DNA of 25,695 bases from an uncultured virus (IMG/VR IMGVR_UViG_3300025421_000001) (Duplodnaviria; Heunggongvirae; Uroviricota; Caudoviricetes), in the IMG/VR virus record IMGVR_UViG_3300025421_000001. The stretch is one strand, 5' to 3'. Position numbers and translations under genes: made by a program. Shown here piece by piece: positions 6,961 through 16,214 of this stretch (position 1 is the stretch's first letter; every line of letters starts with the position of its first letter). The notes beneath the pieces are model-generated. The model was not told the DNA's origin. It was given only the letters and a program-made list of their open reading frames with translations, and made no database searches.

Positions 6961-8495
6961 TGTCTAATTTTGGAAAGTTTATTTCCGATGCGGTTGTTCC
7001 GCCTACGGTAGATGCATTTGCACTACTTGGCTACTCTCCAACACCAAGACAGCAAGCATTTCACGAAGCATCTAGAGAACGTCTTGATGCAATTCTTTAT
7101 GGTGGAGCTGCTGGTGGTGGAAAATCTTGTGCATTCGTTATGGATGCAATTTGGAACGCCACAAACTTTCCTGGCATGAAGATCGGTTGTTTCCGACGCA
7201 CATACAACGAGCTTGAAGAATCATTCTTGGCTGAACTTGCAAAACGTGGATACGCTCGTGCAGTTGGCGCAAAATGGAACTCAACACAAAAAGTTTTGAA
7301 GTTTCCAAACGGATCTATTATTAATTTCTCATACGCTGAAAACCTTCAAGATGCTTCTCGTATCTTGGGTGGTGAATATCAAGCGTTTTACATTGACGAA
7401 GCTTCGCTTATGCTTCCTGCTGTTATTCAGCACATTGAAGAGCGTCTTCGTTCCGGTAACCGATTAGTTCCGGTTGTTGGACTTCGACTTGCAACCAACC
7501 CAGGTGGTGTTGGTCACAAATATCTAAAAGATCGTTTTGTAAATCCGACTAAACGCGGTAAAATTCGATTTACAGAAAAAGTTGAAGGAACAGAACTTTC
7601 AAGAACAGTTGCCTTTATTCCGGCAAAAGCATCGGACAACCCTCACATTAACGAGAGTTACGATGTTGTTCTTAACTCAATTCCCGACCCCCAGCGTCGA
7701 GCCGCAATGCGTGACGGTGACTGGGATGCAATGGTCGGGCAGTTCTTTGAGCAATGGCAGTTTTCAAAACACGTTGTTCAATCGTTTCCCATTCCAAAAG
7801 AATGGCCACGATATGCAGGCATTGACTATGGTTATGCTGCACCGTGGGCCGTTGTTTGGTTGGCTCAAGATAACGATGGTCGCATTTGGGTTTATCGCGA
7901 AGCGTATTCCACAAAAGTTAATGCAGACTATCAAGCAAAAATTATTCTTGAAACTGAAAAATCTGCCGGAGAATACGAAGTTATTCGTGTTGCCGACCCG
8001 TCAATGTGGGGAAGCAGAGGAACGCCACTTTCAATTGCCGATATTTACGGACAAGAAGGTTGTGGAATTATGCCCGCTGACAATGACCGTATTAACGGTT
8101 GGTCGCGAGTACACCATTACCTAAATGATGGACCAGCTTGTGAAATTCATCGTCAAGCCGGATTAGAATCCTGTCCAATGATTCATGTTTTTGAAGATAA
8201 GTGCCCAATGTTTATTGAAACAATTCCGGCGCTTCCTCGTAGTTCGGCAAAACCTGACGATGCGGAAACAAAAAATGTTGATGACCACATTGCTGACGCA
8301 TTGCGTTATGTAATTATGGCCGTTGGAACATATGCTAGGCCTATACTCTATGATGAAGAGCCAAGGTTTAAGCCAATTAATTTCAACGATGCAATGGCGC
8401 AAGGACCTGATCAAGAAAACGAAGGCCAAGGCATGGCATTGCCCATGTTTGGTGGAAAATTTGTCGGGGAACTTGGTTACTCCAATCCCTTTTAA
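6960..8495 (+). CDS. terL: Terminase large subunit
   Basis: Walker A GGAAGGGKS, Walker B FYIDEA, motif III ATNPGG, and nuclease acidic motifs GIDYG and DDHIADALRY. Confidence 0.96.
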   Translation: MSNFGKFISDAVVPPTVDAFALLGYSPTPRQQAFHEASRERLDAILYGGAAGGGKSCAFVMDAIWNATNFPGMKIGCFRRTYNELEESFLAELAKRGYARAVGAKWNSTQKVLKFPNGSIINFSYAENLQDASRILGGEYQAFYIDEASLMLPAVIQHIEERLRSGNRLVPVVGLRLATNPGGVGHKYLKDRFVNPTKRGKIRFTEKVEGTELSRTVAFIPAKASDNPHINESYDVVLNSIPDPQRRAAMRDGDWDAMVGQFFEQWQFSKHVVQSFPIPKEWPRYAGIDYGYAAPWAVVWLAQDNDGRIWVYREAYSTKVNADYQAKIILETEKSAGEYEVIRVADPSMWGSRGTPLSIADIYGQEGCGIMPADNDRINGWSRVHHYLNDGPACEIHRQAGLESCPMIHVFEDKCPMFIETIPALPRSSAKPDDAETKNVDDHIADALRYVIMAVGTYARPILYDEEPRFKPINFNDAMAQGPDQENEGQGMALPMFGGKFVGELGYSNPF

Positions 8496-8508
8496 AGAAA
8501 GATAACCA

Positions 8509-10095
8509 ATGGGTATTACATCTTTTAGAAAAGGTATTGAAGAGGCTGCGAGCACAATGCTCGACAGCATGTTTGACGTTGTAGAAGGCCGACCAAAGTC
8601 GAGTCCTAAGCGTTCTGGTTTTGGTACTGGAATCCCAATTGGTGGATCAACAGAAACCAACCCTGGCGTAAACGTAACAGCCGGTACTATGGACCGCAAT
8701 ACGTTTATGGAGCAATTGCTCCAGGCATACCTAGCCTGTCCATGGGCCTCTGCAGCAATTGACACAATTGCTCGTACTGCCACCGCTGGCGGCCTTGAAG
8801 TTTCATATGCAAACCGTGTCTACGGTCAAAATGAAACACCAGAAGCACCAGCAGAAATAAAAGAAGTGCAATCACTTCTTTCGTATGTAAATCCATACGA
8901 CGATATTCGCCAACTAATGCGTAAGGTTATTACTGACCTTCTCATTTTCGGTGACTCATTCACAGAAGTTGTGTGGGTAATGGGAAAGCCAGCAGCGCTA
9001 TACCCTCTTGACCCAACAACCATGACCGTGCTTTCTGACGAACATGGAAATGTAAGTGGATACGTTCAGCAGACAAAAACTAACCGTAAGGCTAAGTTTA
9101 AGCGCAACGAAGTTATTCACGTTAAGTTTGACTCACCAGGTGACACCCTTTATGGTGTTTCACCAACGCAGAAAAACATTCTGCCTATTACTTCTTGGCT
9201 GTTTACAGCCGCGCTCATTAAAGAAACAATGAAGAAGGGTGACCCTCTTCGTGCTCACGTTGACTGGCCAATGGCCCTTCCTGAGTCAGAAATGAAGCGT
9301 CTACAGCAACAATATGCTGTTCGAAATCTTGGTGCACGTAACATTGGAAACCTCTTTGAGACAAAGGGTGGAGCCGTTGTTCACGAAATGGGAACAAATC
9401 AGATTAATAACTGGTTAAATACCCTTCAACAGCGCCGTGACGAAATCTTGTCTGGGTTTGGTGTGCCACCTTCAAAAGTTGGTGTCATCGAAGCCGGGAA
9501 CATTGGTGGAGGAACAGGCACCCAGCAAGACAAAACTTTCCGTGTTAACACGGTTGGTCCAATTCAAGAAATTGTTCTTGAAAAATTTGCATTTGCTTTA
9601 ATTTACGAAGTCTACGGCATTACTGACTGGACTCTTAAGTTCGGAGTGGTTGACTGGCGAGATGACGAAGTTATTGAAATGATTCGTGATCAACGCATTC
9701 GTAATGGTTCATGGACTATTAACCGTGCTCGTGGTGACATTGGTGAACCACCAATTGAAGGTGGAGATGAAGCCGTTCTTGTTGACCGTCAAAACATGGT
9801 TCTATGGCAAGACATTCACGATCTTTCCAAGGCAAACCTTGGGCTAGTTCAAGCTCAAGTTAAAACCGCAAATATGCCTGTTGTGGGCAAGACCAATCCT
9901 GGTGGCAAAGATGCCTCAGTTGGTGACGGTGCTGATGCTCCTAAGAGCAAGCCTAAAACAAAACAAGCGCCCGCAAAAATTGATACGCTTGGATCTCCGA
10001 AGTCTACTGAATCGGTAGAAGAACTTCGTGAAGAAATTCGTCAAATGTCTCAAGTTATAAACCGATTGATGGAGAAACTTGATGACAACTCCTGA
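8509..10095 (+). CDS. Portal protein
   Basis: DLLIFGDSF, LYPLDP, EVIHVK..YGVSP, FGVPPSKVG and TINRAR..IGEPPIEGGD; directly follows TerL. Confidence 0.93.
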   Translation: MGITSFRKGIEEAASTMLDSMFDVVEGRPKSSPKRSGFGTGIPIGGSTETNPGVNVTAGTMDRNTFMEQLLQAYLACPWASAAIDTIARTATAGGLEVSYANRVYGQNETPEAPAEIKEVQSLLSYVNPYDDIRQLMRKVITDLLIFGDSFTEVVWVMGKPAALYPLDPTTMTVLSDEHGNVSGYVQQTKTNRKAKFKRNEVIHVKFDSPGDTLYGVSPTQKNILPITSWLFTAALIKETMKKGDPLRAHVDWPMALPESEMKRLQQQYAVRNLGARNIGNLFETKGGAVVHEMGTNQINNWLNTLQQRRDEILSGFGVPPSKVGVIEAGNIGGGTGTQQDKTFRVNTVGPIQEIVLEKFAFALIYEVYGITDWTLKFGVVDWRDDEVIEMIRDQRIRNGSWTINRARGDIGEPPIEGGDEAVLVDRQNMVLWQDIHDLSKANLGLVQAQVKTANMPVVGKTNPGGKDASVGDGADAPKSKPKTKQAPAKIDTLGSPKSTESVEELREEIRQMSQVINRLMEKLDDNS

Positions 10096-10216
10096 GAATC
10101 CACAGCCAATTGAAATCAATGGCGTAGAGTTTGAAAACGAAAACGAACTCGTTTATCCTTTTCGTGGAATGACAGCTGCTAAAGCAGCAGCACTGGTTTC
10201 TAAAGAAGTCGGATAA
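10082..10216 (+). CDS. Small hypothetical protein (44 aa, not in the ORF track)
   Basis: GGAG RBS; MTTPENPQPIEINGVEFENENELVYPFRGMTAAKAAALVSKEVG; TAATG overlap with the next gene. Confidence 0.6.
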   Translation: MTTPENPQPIEINGVEFENENELVYPFRGMTAAKAAALVSKEVG

Positions 10217-10710
10217 TGTCCGGCAGTAATTATCTGGGTCAAGCAGGCGCTTATGCGATGCACAGAAAATACCCAGCAGGATCGCAAACTGCTGCACAAC
10301 TTGCAGCAGAACGAGCAAACCTTAAAGCAGCTAGAGCAGCTCGTGGTGAATATCATCACACTGGTTCTGCAAAATACAAAGGACTTAGAAAGTCAAGTAT
10401 AAAAAGCCGTGGAAATGCGGCAGCTGCAAGAGCATATAAACAACGCTATCTCTTTTATGAAAAGGGCAAAAACCGTGCATTGGGTGTTAGATACATTCAA
10501 TACACGAAAAAAGTTCGCCCCAAAAAATACCGCCTTACTGGTATTACAAAAAGATTTATTAGTGAAATTGGACCCGCAAGGTTTGATAAAAGAACTTCAT
10601 GGGGATCAACTCGCAAGCCAAAGTTCAGAAAACATCTTCAACGTCGCCACCGCAGATTCAAAGGAGTCAAACGGTGGAAGGGTCGTGGAAAACGTTTTAC
10701 ACCAAGATAA
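10216..10710 (+). CDS. Very basic protein; candidate DNA-binding internal head protein
   Basis: About 47 K/R versus 5 D/E in 164 aa; lies between portal and protease. Confidence 0.7.
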   Translation: MSGSNYLGQAGAYAMHRKYPAGSQTAAQLAAERANLKAARAARGEYHHTGSAKYKGLRKSSIKSRGNAAAARAYKQRYLFYEKGKNRALGVRYIQYTKKVRPKKYRLTGITKRFISEIGPARFDKRTSWGSTRKPKFRKHLQRRHRRFKGVKRWKGRGKRFTPR

Positions 10711-10731
10711 AAAATTTCTACAGGAGACAAA

Positions 10732-12675
10732 ATGGCCTCAACTAAGGCAGCCACTATTCGTGGTGTATTCCTAAAGCCAGGTCTTTCAAAAAACCGTCGT
10801 CTTTACACACGCGGTAACATTGCAAAGGCTGTAGAGCGCATGAAAGCAACCCTCGCCTCTGGCGAGGGAATGCCTCTAAACATGGCCACAAGTCATGCTG
10901 CGGCTTTTCAAGACGATGCAACTTCAACCGTTGGTCGTATTACAGATGTAAAACTTCTTGCTGATGGATCTGCTCAATTTGAAGCAGAAATTGCAAACAC
11001 AGCCGCTGGTCGTGATGTTGCAAACCTTACAGCAGGAAAGTTTATTAAGGGCGTTTCTATTCGTGGCGAATGGCGTGGAGAACCACAAACGGTTACTCAC
11101 TCAGACGGCATGGAAGCAACAACCGCCGATGATCTTGCAATTCACGGTATTGACTTCACTAACAGCCCTGGCGTTGAAGGTGCAGAAATTCAATACGCTG
11201 CTCTTGCAGAATCTCACAACAAACTCTCAATTCTTGAATCAGTAGAAACAGTTGAAATTGTTTCTCGCGATGAAGAACTTGTTGCTCATGAAGCTGCTGA
11301 AGTAATTCGTGATGCAGTGGAAGAAGCGGTGGAAGAAGCCGTAAACAAAATTTTCGAAAAGGATGCATCAAAACCATACGGTGATGTAGCCTATGCTGAC
11401 CCTGGTTATCAAAAGGATAAGCAAAAGCGTTATCCAATTAATGGTGCCGGTCACGTTCGAGCTGCTTGGTCATACATTAACCAAGACAAAAACGCCAAAC
11501 TTTATACTGCTGCTCAACTAGCGCGTATTAAATCTCGCATTAAATCTGCAGCAAAAAAATATGGCGTAAACATTGTTAGCGAGCAAGAACAACTTGCTAA
11601 TGATTTTCAAGAAATTCTAGAAGCCTACGCTTCTATTTCACTTGTTAATGACTACGACACGATTAACATCAGTGGTCAAACAAATGATCCTCACAAACTA
11701 AGAATTGTTGCCAATCGTATTGCTTTTGGTGCAATTGCTGCTATGCACGCAATTGATCCAGACGACGATGGTGACATTTACTTATCTAAACCTGACTGGT
11801 CACAGGTAGATGCAACCGGCGATGCTGGTGGCATGGGACCAGAGGATGAAGAAATGACAAACGACAACAACATGGAATGCCACGAATGCGGTGCTACCGC
11901 TATGGAAGATGCAGTTCATTGTCACATGTGTGGAGCGCTTTTGCCAACGTCAATGACGGCAAATGCACTCGGCTGTAGCAATTGTGGAGAAGCAACTCCA
12001 CAAGATGCTATGTATTGCCCCACTTGTGGGGACCCCGTACCACAGGCAGAGTCAAGCGACAATGCCCCAACTCAAGAACAGGAGACAGAAGTGTCTGAAG
12101 AAAACACAACTGAAGAAACTCCAGCTGAAGAGGCAACGCTTGAAACCGCTGCTGCCCGCACGCTGAGTGACGCAGACCTACAGGCTCTTGCCGCAGTTAT
12201 TGCTGCAGCAATCAAGCCAATTGAATCAACACCCGAAGCACCTGCTGCTGAAGTTGTAGCCGAAGAAGAGGTAGTGGCTGAAGAGCCTGCTGCTGAAGAA
12301 GAAGCTGCTGCTGAAGAAGTTGCTGCAGAGGAATCAACTACAGAATCACAGGAGACAAATGTGACTGAAAACAAGATGTTCAGCGCTGAAGAAGTTGCTG
12401 CAATGGTTGCCGAGGCTGCTCAAGCAGCTGCAAAGCAAGCTGTTGAAGCTGCTCAAAACAACGCTATCGAGTCTTACCGTACTGGCAAGGTGTTCCGCAA
12501 GGGACTCGTTGGCTCATCGGTAGGCAACGACGCTTCTGACTTGTCAGAGGCTGAACTAACCCCTGAGGCACTGGCCGAGATGAACTCGACTTCGTTCCGT
12601 AAGGTACAAAATGAAGTTTGGGGATCTACTCCATTCTTCGCAAACAAGTTCGCTCAGGCCGAGCGCGGCTTCTAA
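10732..12675 (+). CDS. Prohead protease / scaffold multidomain protein
   Basis: N-terminal protease-like motifs (SKNRRLYT, TSH, GVSIRG, IDFTNSPG); a DUF6582-like block (KPYGDVAYADPGY..RYPI..HVRAAWSYIN, recognised from recall); four CxxC pairs; E/A-rich scaffold-like C-terminus. Immediately precedes the capsid gene. Confidence 0.85.
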   Translation: MASTKAATIRGVFLKPGLSKNRRLYTRGNIAKAVERMKATLASGEGMPLNMATSHAAAFQDDATSTVGRITDVKLLADGSAQFEAEIANTAAGRDVANLTAGKFIKGVSIRGEWRGEPQTVTHSDGMEATTADDLAIHGIDFTNSPGVEGAEIQYAALAESHNKLSILESVETVEIVSRDEELVAHEAAEVIRDAVEEAVEEAVNKIFEKDASKPYGDVAYADPGYQKDKQKRYPINGAGHVRAAWSYINQDKNAKLYTAAQLARIKSRIKSAAKKYGVNIVSEQEQLANDFQEILEAYASISLVNDYDTINISGQTNDPHKLRIVANRIAFGAIAAMHAIDPDDDGDIYLSKPDWSQVDATGDAGGMGPEDEEMTNDNNMECHECGATAMEDAVHCHMCGALLPTSMTANALGCSNCGEATPQDAMYCPTCGDPVPQAESSDNAPTQEQETEVSEENTTEETPAEEATLETAAARTLSDADLQALAAVIAAAIKPIESTPEAPAAEVVAEEEVVAEEPAAEEEAAAEEVAAEESTTESQETNVTENKMFSAEEVAAMVAEAAQAAAKQAVEAAQNNAIESYRTGKVFRKGLVGSSVGNDASDLSEAELTPEALAEMNSTSFRKVQNEVWGSTPFFANKFAQAERGF

Positions 12676-12704
12676 CCAACTACAATCTTTAAGGAGATAA
12701 GCAA

Positions 12705-14237
12705 ATGTCAAACGACTTGCAAGAAGCCCTCACTGCTGCTGGTGCTGCCGCACTAGTACAAAAGCAGATTGACCCAGTATTGCTCGAATACCAGCGCCGC
12801 TACGCGCCGCTAGTTCGTGCACTACCGTCAACCAAGTGGGGCTCAACAGTTTACTACTTCAACAAGCGTACAACCCTACCTTCGGGTGGATTCGTAACCG
12901 ACGGTGGCGCACGCCCTGTCAGCACATCAAACTACGCACAAGAGAACTTCCAAATTCGCTTGCTGCAAAGTGTCGGTGCTGTAACTGGTTACTCACAGGC
13001 TGTAACAGCTGACCTCATTGGCGACCTTCGTGCCCGTGAAATCGAGGGTGCTGCCCGCGGTCTTTACTGGGACATTGAAAACGCTCTAGTCTGGGGTGCT
13101 GGTGCACCTACAGTTGCGGGTCCATACCCACAATTCGACGGACTTGACGTTATCTGTTCGTCATTCTCATCTGCATCAACTGGTGGCCCTTCACAGGGTA
13201 TCGGTGGCGGTGCAATCGACAACTACGGTGGATCTGCTACTTGGGCAGGCGCTGCTTACAACCCATGGGTTGACGGCGTTGACCAAAATGCAATTGACTT
13301 CGGTGGAAACAACCTTTCACTCGGTGGACTGGACCTTCTCATTGACCTCGTTGAGAGCAATGTTGCAGAGCCAATCGAAAACGCTGAGTGGATGTTCCTC
13401 ATGTCACCAAACGCTAACAGCCGTCTTTCACAGCTCCTTATCAACCAACAACGTTTTGTTGACCAGGTTGAAATTGCTGCTGGTTTGATCGTGCCTACAT
13501 ACCGTGGTGTGCCAATTGTTAAGACATCATTCCTCTCACCACGTACCAACCAAATGGGAACTGTTTCTGGTTCTGCAACTGGAACTGGTTCATTGAGCGG
13601 AGACTTCACATACAAGGTTGCTCCTGTAATTGCTCGTTTTGGAGAAATCCAAGCTGCTGCAACTGCAAAGCTTTCACCTTCAAGCACTGCTTGCACACTT
13701 TCATTCTCGACCCCAACAGGTCCAGAAGGATCACAGCCAACTCACTACAAGGTATACCGCGCAGCAGGAACAAGCCCAGCTAACACTGACTTCAACCTCC
13801 TCGGTATTGTTGACGCAAACTTCCTTGACTCAACTGGAAACATTTGGGCTACAACAAAGATTGTTGACAACGGAACAACCCTTATTTGCATGAACGGAAG
13901 CCACACACAGGCATCGCCTACTGCTGCTTACGCTTACAGCAACACAGGATTGCACCCACTTACCTCACAAGGTGAGCAGAGCATCTACCTATTGTCACGC
14001 GACGCCAACTACATCACACGACCATTCGTACGTGAAATGCAGCCAGTTAACGTGTACCCAACTACTTCATCACCTGACAGCTTGCCATTCGCATTCGTTG
14101 CGGACACAACGCTCGCTGTTCGTGCTCCTAAGTACATTGGTCGCCTTGCAAACGTTGCAAGCGCATTGGACAGCAAGGCTGGAAATGGTGTAACACCAAC
14201 AAACAGCTCTTACTCTCCTAACTTCATCGTTGACTAA
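12705..14237 (+). CDS. Major capsid protein (HK97 fold) with inserted domain
   Basis: Position after the scaffold, AAGGAG RBS, strong codon bias, motifs DIENALVWG and QFDGL, YRGVPIV, and a terminal TLAVRAPKY strand. Confidence 0.88.
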   Translation: MSNDLQEALTAAGAAALVQKQIDPVLLEYQRRYAPLVRALPSTKWGSTVYYFNKRTTLPSGGFVTDGGARPVSTSNYAQENFQIRLLQSVGAVTGYSQAVTADLIGDLRAREIEGAARGLYWDIENALVWGAGAPTVAGPYPQFDGLDVICSSFSSASTGGPSQGIGGGAIDNYGGSATWAGAAYNPWVDGVDQNAIDFGGNNLSLGGLDLLIDLVESNVAEPIENAEWMFLMSPNANSRLSQLLINQQRFVDQVEIAAGLIVPTYRGVPIVKTSFLSPRTNQMGTVSGSATGTGSLSGDFTYKVAPVIARFGEIQAAATAKLSPSSTACTLSFSTPTGPEGSQPTHYKVYRAAGTSPANTDFNLLGIVDANFLDSTGNIWATTKIVDNGTTLICMNGSHTQASPTAAYAYSNTGLHPLTSQGEQSIYLLSRDANYITRPFVREMQPVNVYPTTSSPDSLPFAFVADTTLAVRAPKYIGRLANVASALDSKAGNGVTPTNSSYSPNFIVD

Positions 14238-14253
14238 TTAGGTAGTCAGATTT

Positions 14254-14300
14254 CAGTGGGGTGGGTAGGTTCCCTCGTTCCTCCCCTACCCACCTCACTG
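14254..14300 (+). terminator. 16-bp stem hairpin after the capsid gene (terminator or mRNA stabiliser)
   Basis: CAGTGGGGTGGGTAGG / CCTACCCACCTCACTG with one G-U pair and a 15-nt pyrimidine-rich loop; only a weak U-tract. Confidence 0.6.
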
Positions 14301-14324
14301 GATTTATCTCAGAAAGGTTTTATA

Positions 14325-14627
14325 ATGCCATTAATTGCAGCAAAAGAACCAGGTGGCACCGAGGGTTACTCTTGGGAGAAAGCTGGAGACGAAGGCGCTA
14401 TTGAAGTGCCAGTACGTTTGGCTCATTCCCTTTTGAGTATTCCCGGTGAACTATTTTACCAGGTACAAAAAGAAGTAAAAAAGATTGAAAAAGTTGTCGA
14501 GGAAGAAGTTGAAAAGGTTGCTCCAAAGAAGGCTATTAAGTCTCCTGAAGAAGACCCAACATCGCCCGACATCACGTCTGCACTAGATGCAGCATCAACA
14601 ACTAAGCGTCGCGCAAAGAAGGAGTAA
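14325..14627 (+). CDS. Hypothetical virion-module protein
   Basis: GAAAGG RBS before the ATG at 14325. The longer GTG start lies inside the hairpin. Confidence 0.75.
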   Translation: MPLIAAKEPGGTEGYSWEKAGDEGAIEVPVRLAHSLLSIPGELFYQVQKEVKKIEKVVEEEVEKVAPKKAIKSPEEDPTSPDITSALDAASTTKRRAKKE

Positions 14628-14629
14628 TC

Positions 14630-15316
14630 ATGGCAAACAACGGGTCACAATATTCCGATCCCGTTTCACTTGCCAGTGTTGCTGACTTTCAACGTCGCTA
14701 TCCCGAGTTAGTTGTTGACCTCGAACCTACGCTTATTGCGGACATTTTGGTTGAGGCAACAACTCACTTAGAGGACTTGACGGGTCGCCGTTTGGCACCT
14801 TTTACAGGTCACATTTTTCAAGAGCGCCTATTCGGCATTGACCCAATGGAATACGGCAATAACGCCGATATGCCACTAGACATCTATGGATCTCTGGGTC
14901 TTTCTCAAGCCATTGCTCTTGGTGCGTCAACTCTTGTACGTCACTTCTGGCTTGACCAATTCGCTCCGGTATATCCGGAATTGTGGACCTACAACATTCA
15001 GTCCATGGACATTTACCGCACCTATGGTGATCACCAACCAATTAATTTTGCACATGGTGGAATTGTTGGACCAGATGTTACCGATGGCCACGTATGGCTT
15101 CGACTTGGTACATTTGCCCCAGAAGGTACGCGTGTTAAAGTCGTTTACGATGGTGGATACACAAACGGTATCCCAGCGTCACTTCGTCGTGCCTGCTTGT
15201 TTCAGGCAGCTAAATTCATTATGCTTGAGTTCGAACCTCAAATTCGTCGTGAAATGAACCTTGACGAAATGGAAAATACGGTTAACAAATTGATCGGTCC
15301 TTGGGTAAGAGGCTAA
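14630..15316 (+). CDS. Head-tail connector/adaptor
   Basis: LASVADF..ILVEATTHLEDLTGRRL and VKVVYDGGY..IPASLRRAC patterns of gp6/gp15-like adaptors; gene position. Confidence 0.8.
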   Translation: MANNGSQYSDPVSLASVADFQRRYPELVVDLEPTLIADILVEATTHLEDLTGRRLAPFTGHIFQERLFGIDPMEYGNNADMPLDIYGSLGLSQAIALGASTLVRHFWLDQFAPVYPELWTYNIQSMDIYRTYGDHQPINFAHGGIVGPDVTDGHVWLRLGTFAPEGTRVKVVYDGGYTNGIPASLRRACLFQAAKFIMLEFEPQIRREMNLDEMENTVNKLIGPWVRG

Positions 15317-15317
15317 T

Positions 15318-16214
15318 ATGGCAAGAGCCAGATTTGGTCTTAAAATAAACGGTGTATCAAAAGCATCAGCAAAACTAGACATTATAAGTAAAAGATTATT
15401 GGATCCAACTCCAGGTCTTTATGACGTTATGCAGCTTTTTGAAATAATGGAAGCAGAGCGTTTTACTGAAAACGGTGCTTCTGTATTTGGTACACAAACA
15501 TGGCAACCTGCATCAGACAAATGGCTTAACGAAAAAACCGGAAGAGGTGGAAATCACACTCTGGTTAATTTTGGTTATTTGGAAACTGCTGCAACAATGC
15601 CTGAAATTTTGCCACTTGGCAAACATGGTCTTAACGCAGTTATTAACCCAACAAAACGAGGAGCACCCGGTCAATACGGTGGCTCTGCAAAAAATTACGG
15701 TTACTTTCATCAGACAGGCGATACTGTCGACGGAGTTAGGCGTGAGTTTATAACTCTTGCACCAGGATTTCTTCTTGAAGCACGAGTTATTATGTGGGAA
15801 TACTTTAGTCTTGGTTCTCGAAAGCTTAATAATGAAGCTGAGAAAAAGGGCAGGTCTACCGAAGGCATGCGCCGTAGTAGAAACCTAAAAAGAAAAGATT
15901 GGCTCGACAAACCAAGTTCAGTCAAAAAGGGCGAAGACCGCGCTTTTGCTGATCACATGGCTATGAGAGATCCAACAAAATCCCCTTACGATCATCACGG
16001 TGATTTGCTAGTTGCAAGACGAGCAGATACGGCTCTTAAGGATGCCGCTGCTAAAGCAAAAAACGGACTTACAGAAGCAGACGTTAACAGAATTGTTAAA
16101 ACCTCCAGCAATGGAGCAATGGATGCTAAAGGTCTTGAATCTGTAAAACACTCCTGGAGCACTTTTAAAAGTAGCTACGGACAAAAAGCTAAAGATGGGA
16201 TGTACACAGAATAA
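15318..16214 (+). CDS. Neck / virion morphogenesis protein with C-terminal extension
   Basis: ERF..G...WQP, TLVNFGYL and YGYFHQTG...RREF resemble the Mu gpG-like morphogenesis family; gene position. Confidence 0.65.
   Translation: MARARFGLKINGVSKASAKLDIISKRLLDPTPGLYDVMQLFEIMEAERFTENGASVFGTQTWQPASDKWLNEKTGRGGNHTLVNFGYLETAATMPEILPLGKHGLNAVINPTKRGAPGQYGGSAKNYGYFHQTGDTVDGVRREFITLAPGFLLEARVIMWEYFSLGSRKLNNEAEKKGRSTEGMRRSRNLKRKDWLDKPSSVKKGEDRAFADHMAMRDPTKSPYDHHGDLLVARRADTALKDAAAKAKNGLTEADVNRIVKTSSNGAMDAKGLESVKHSWSTFKSSYGQKAKDGMYTE

Noticed and set aside
7582..8124. 180-aa alternative-frame ORF inside terL
   Set aside because: It has a TTG start with no convincing SD or motif, unlike the nested MTase ORF. 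Stop-poor alternative frames recur throughout the structural genes.
8163..8783. 206-aa antisense ORF over the terL/portal junction
   Set aside because: It is antisense to conserved genes and has no recognisable protein features.
14256..14324. Upstream GTG start for the post-capsid gene
   Set aside because: It lies within a stable hairpin; the ATG at 14325 has a GAAAGG RBS.
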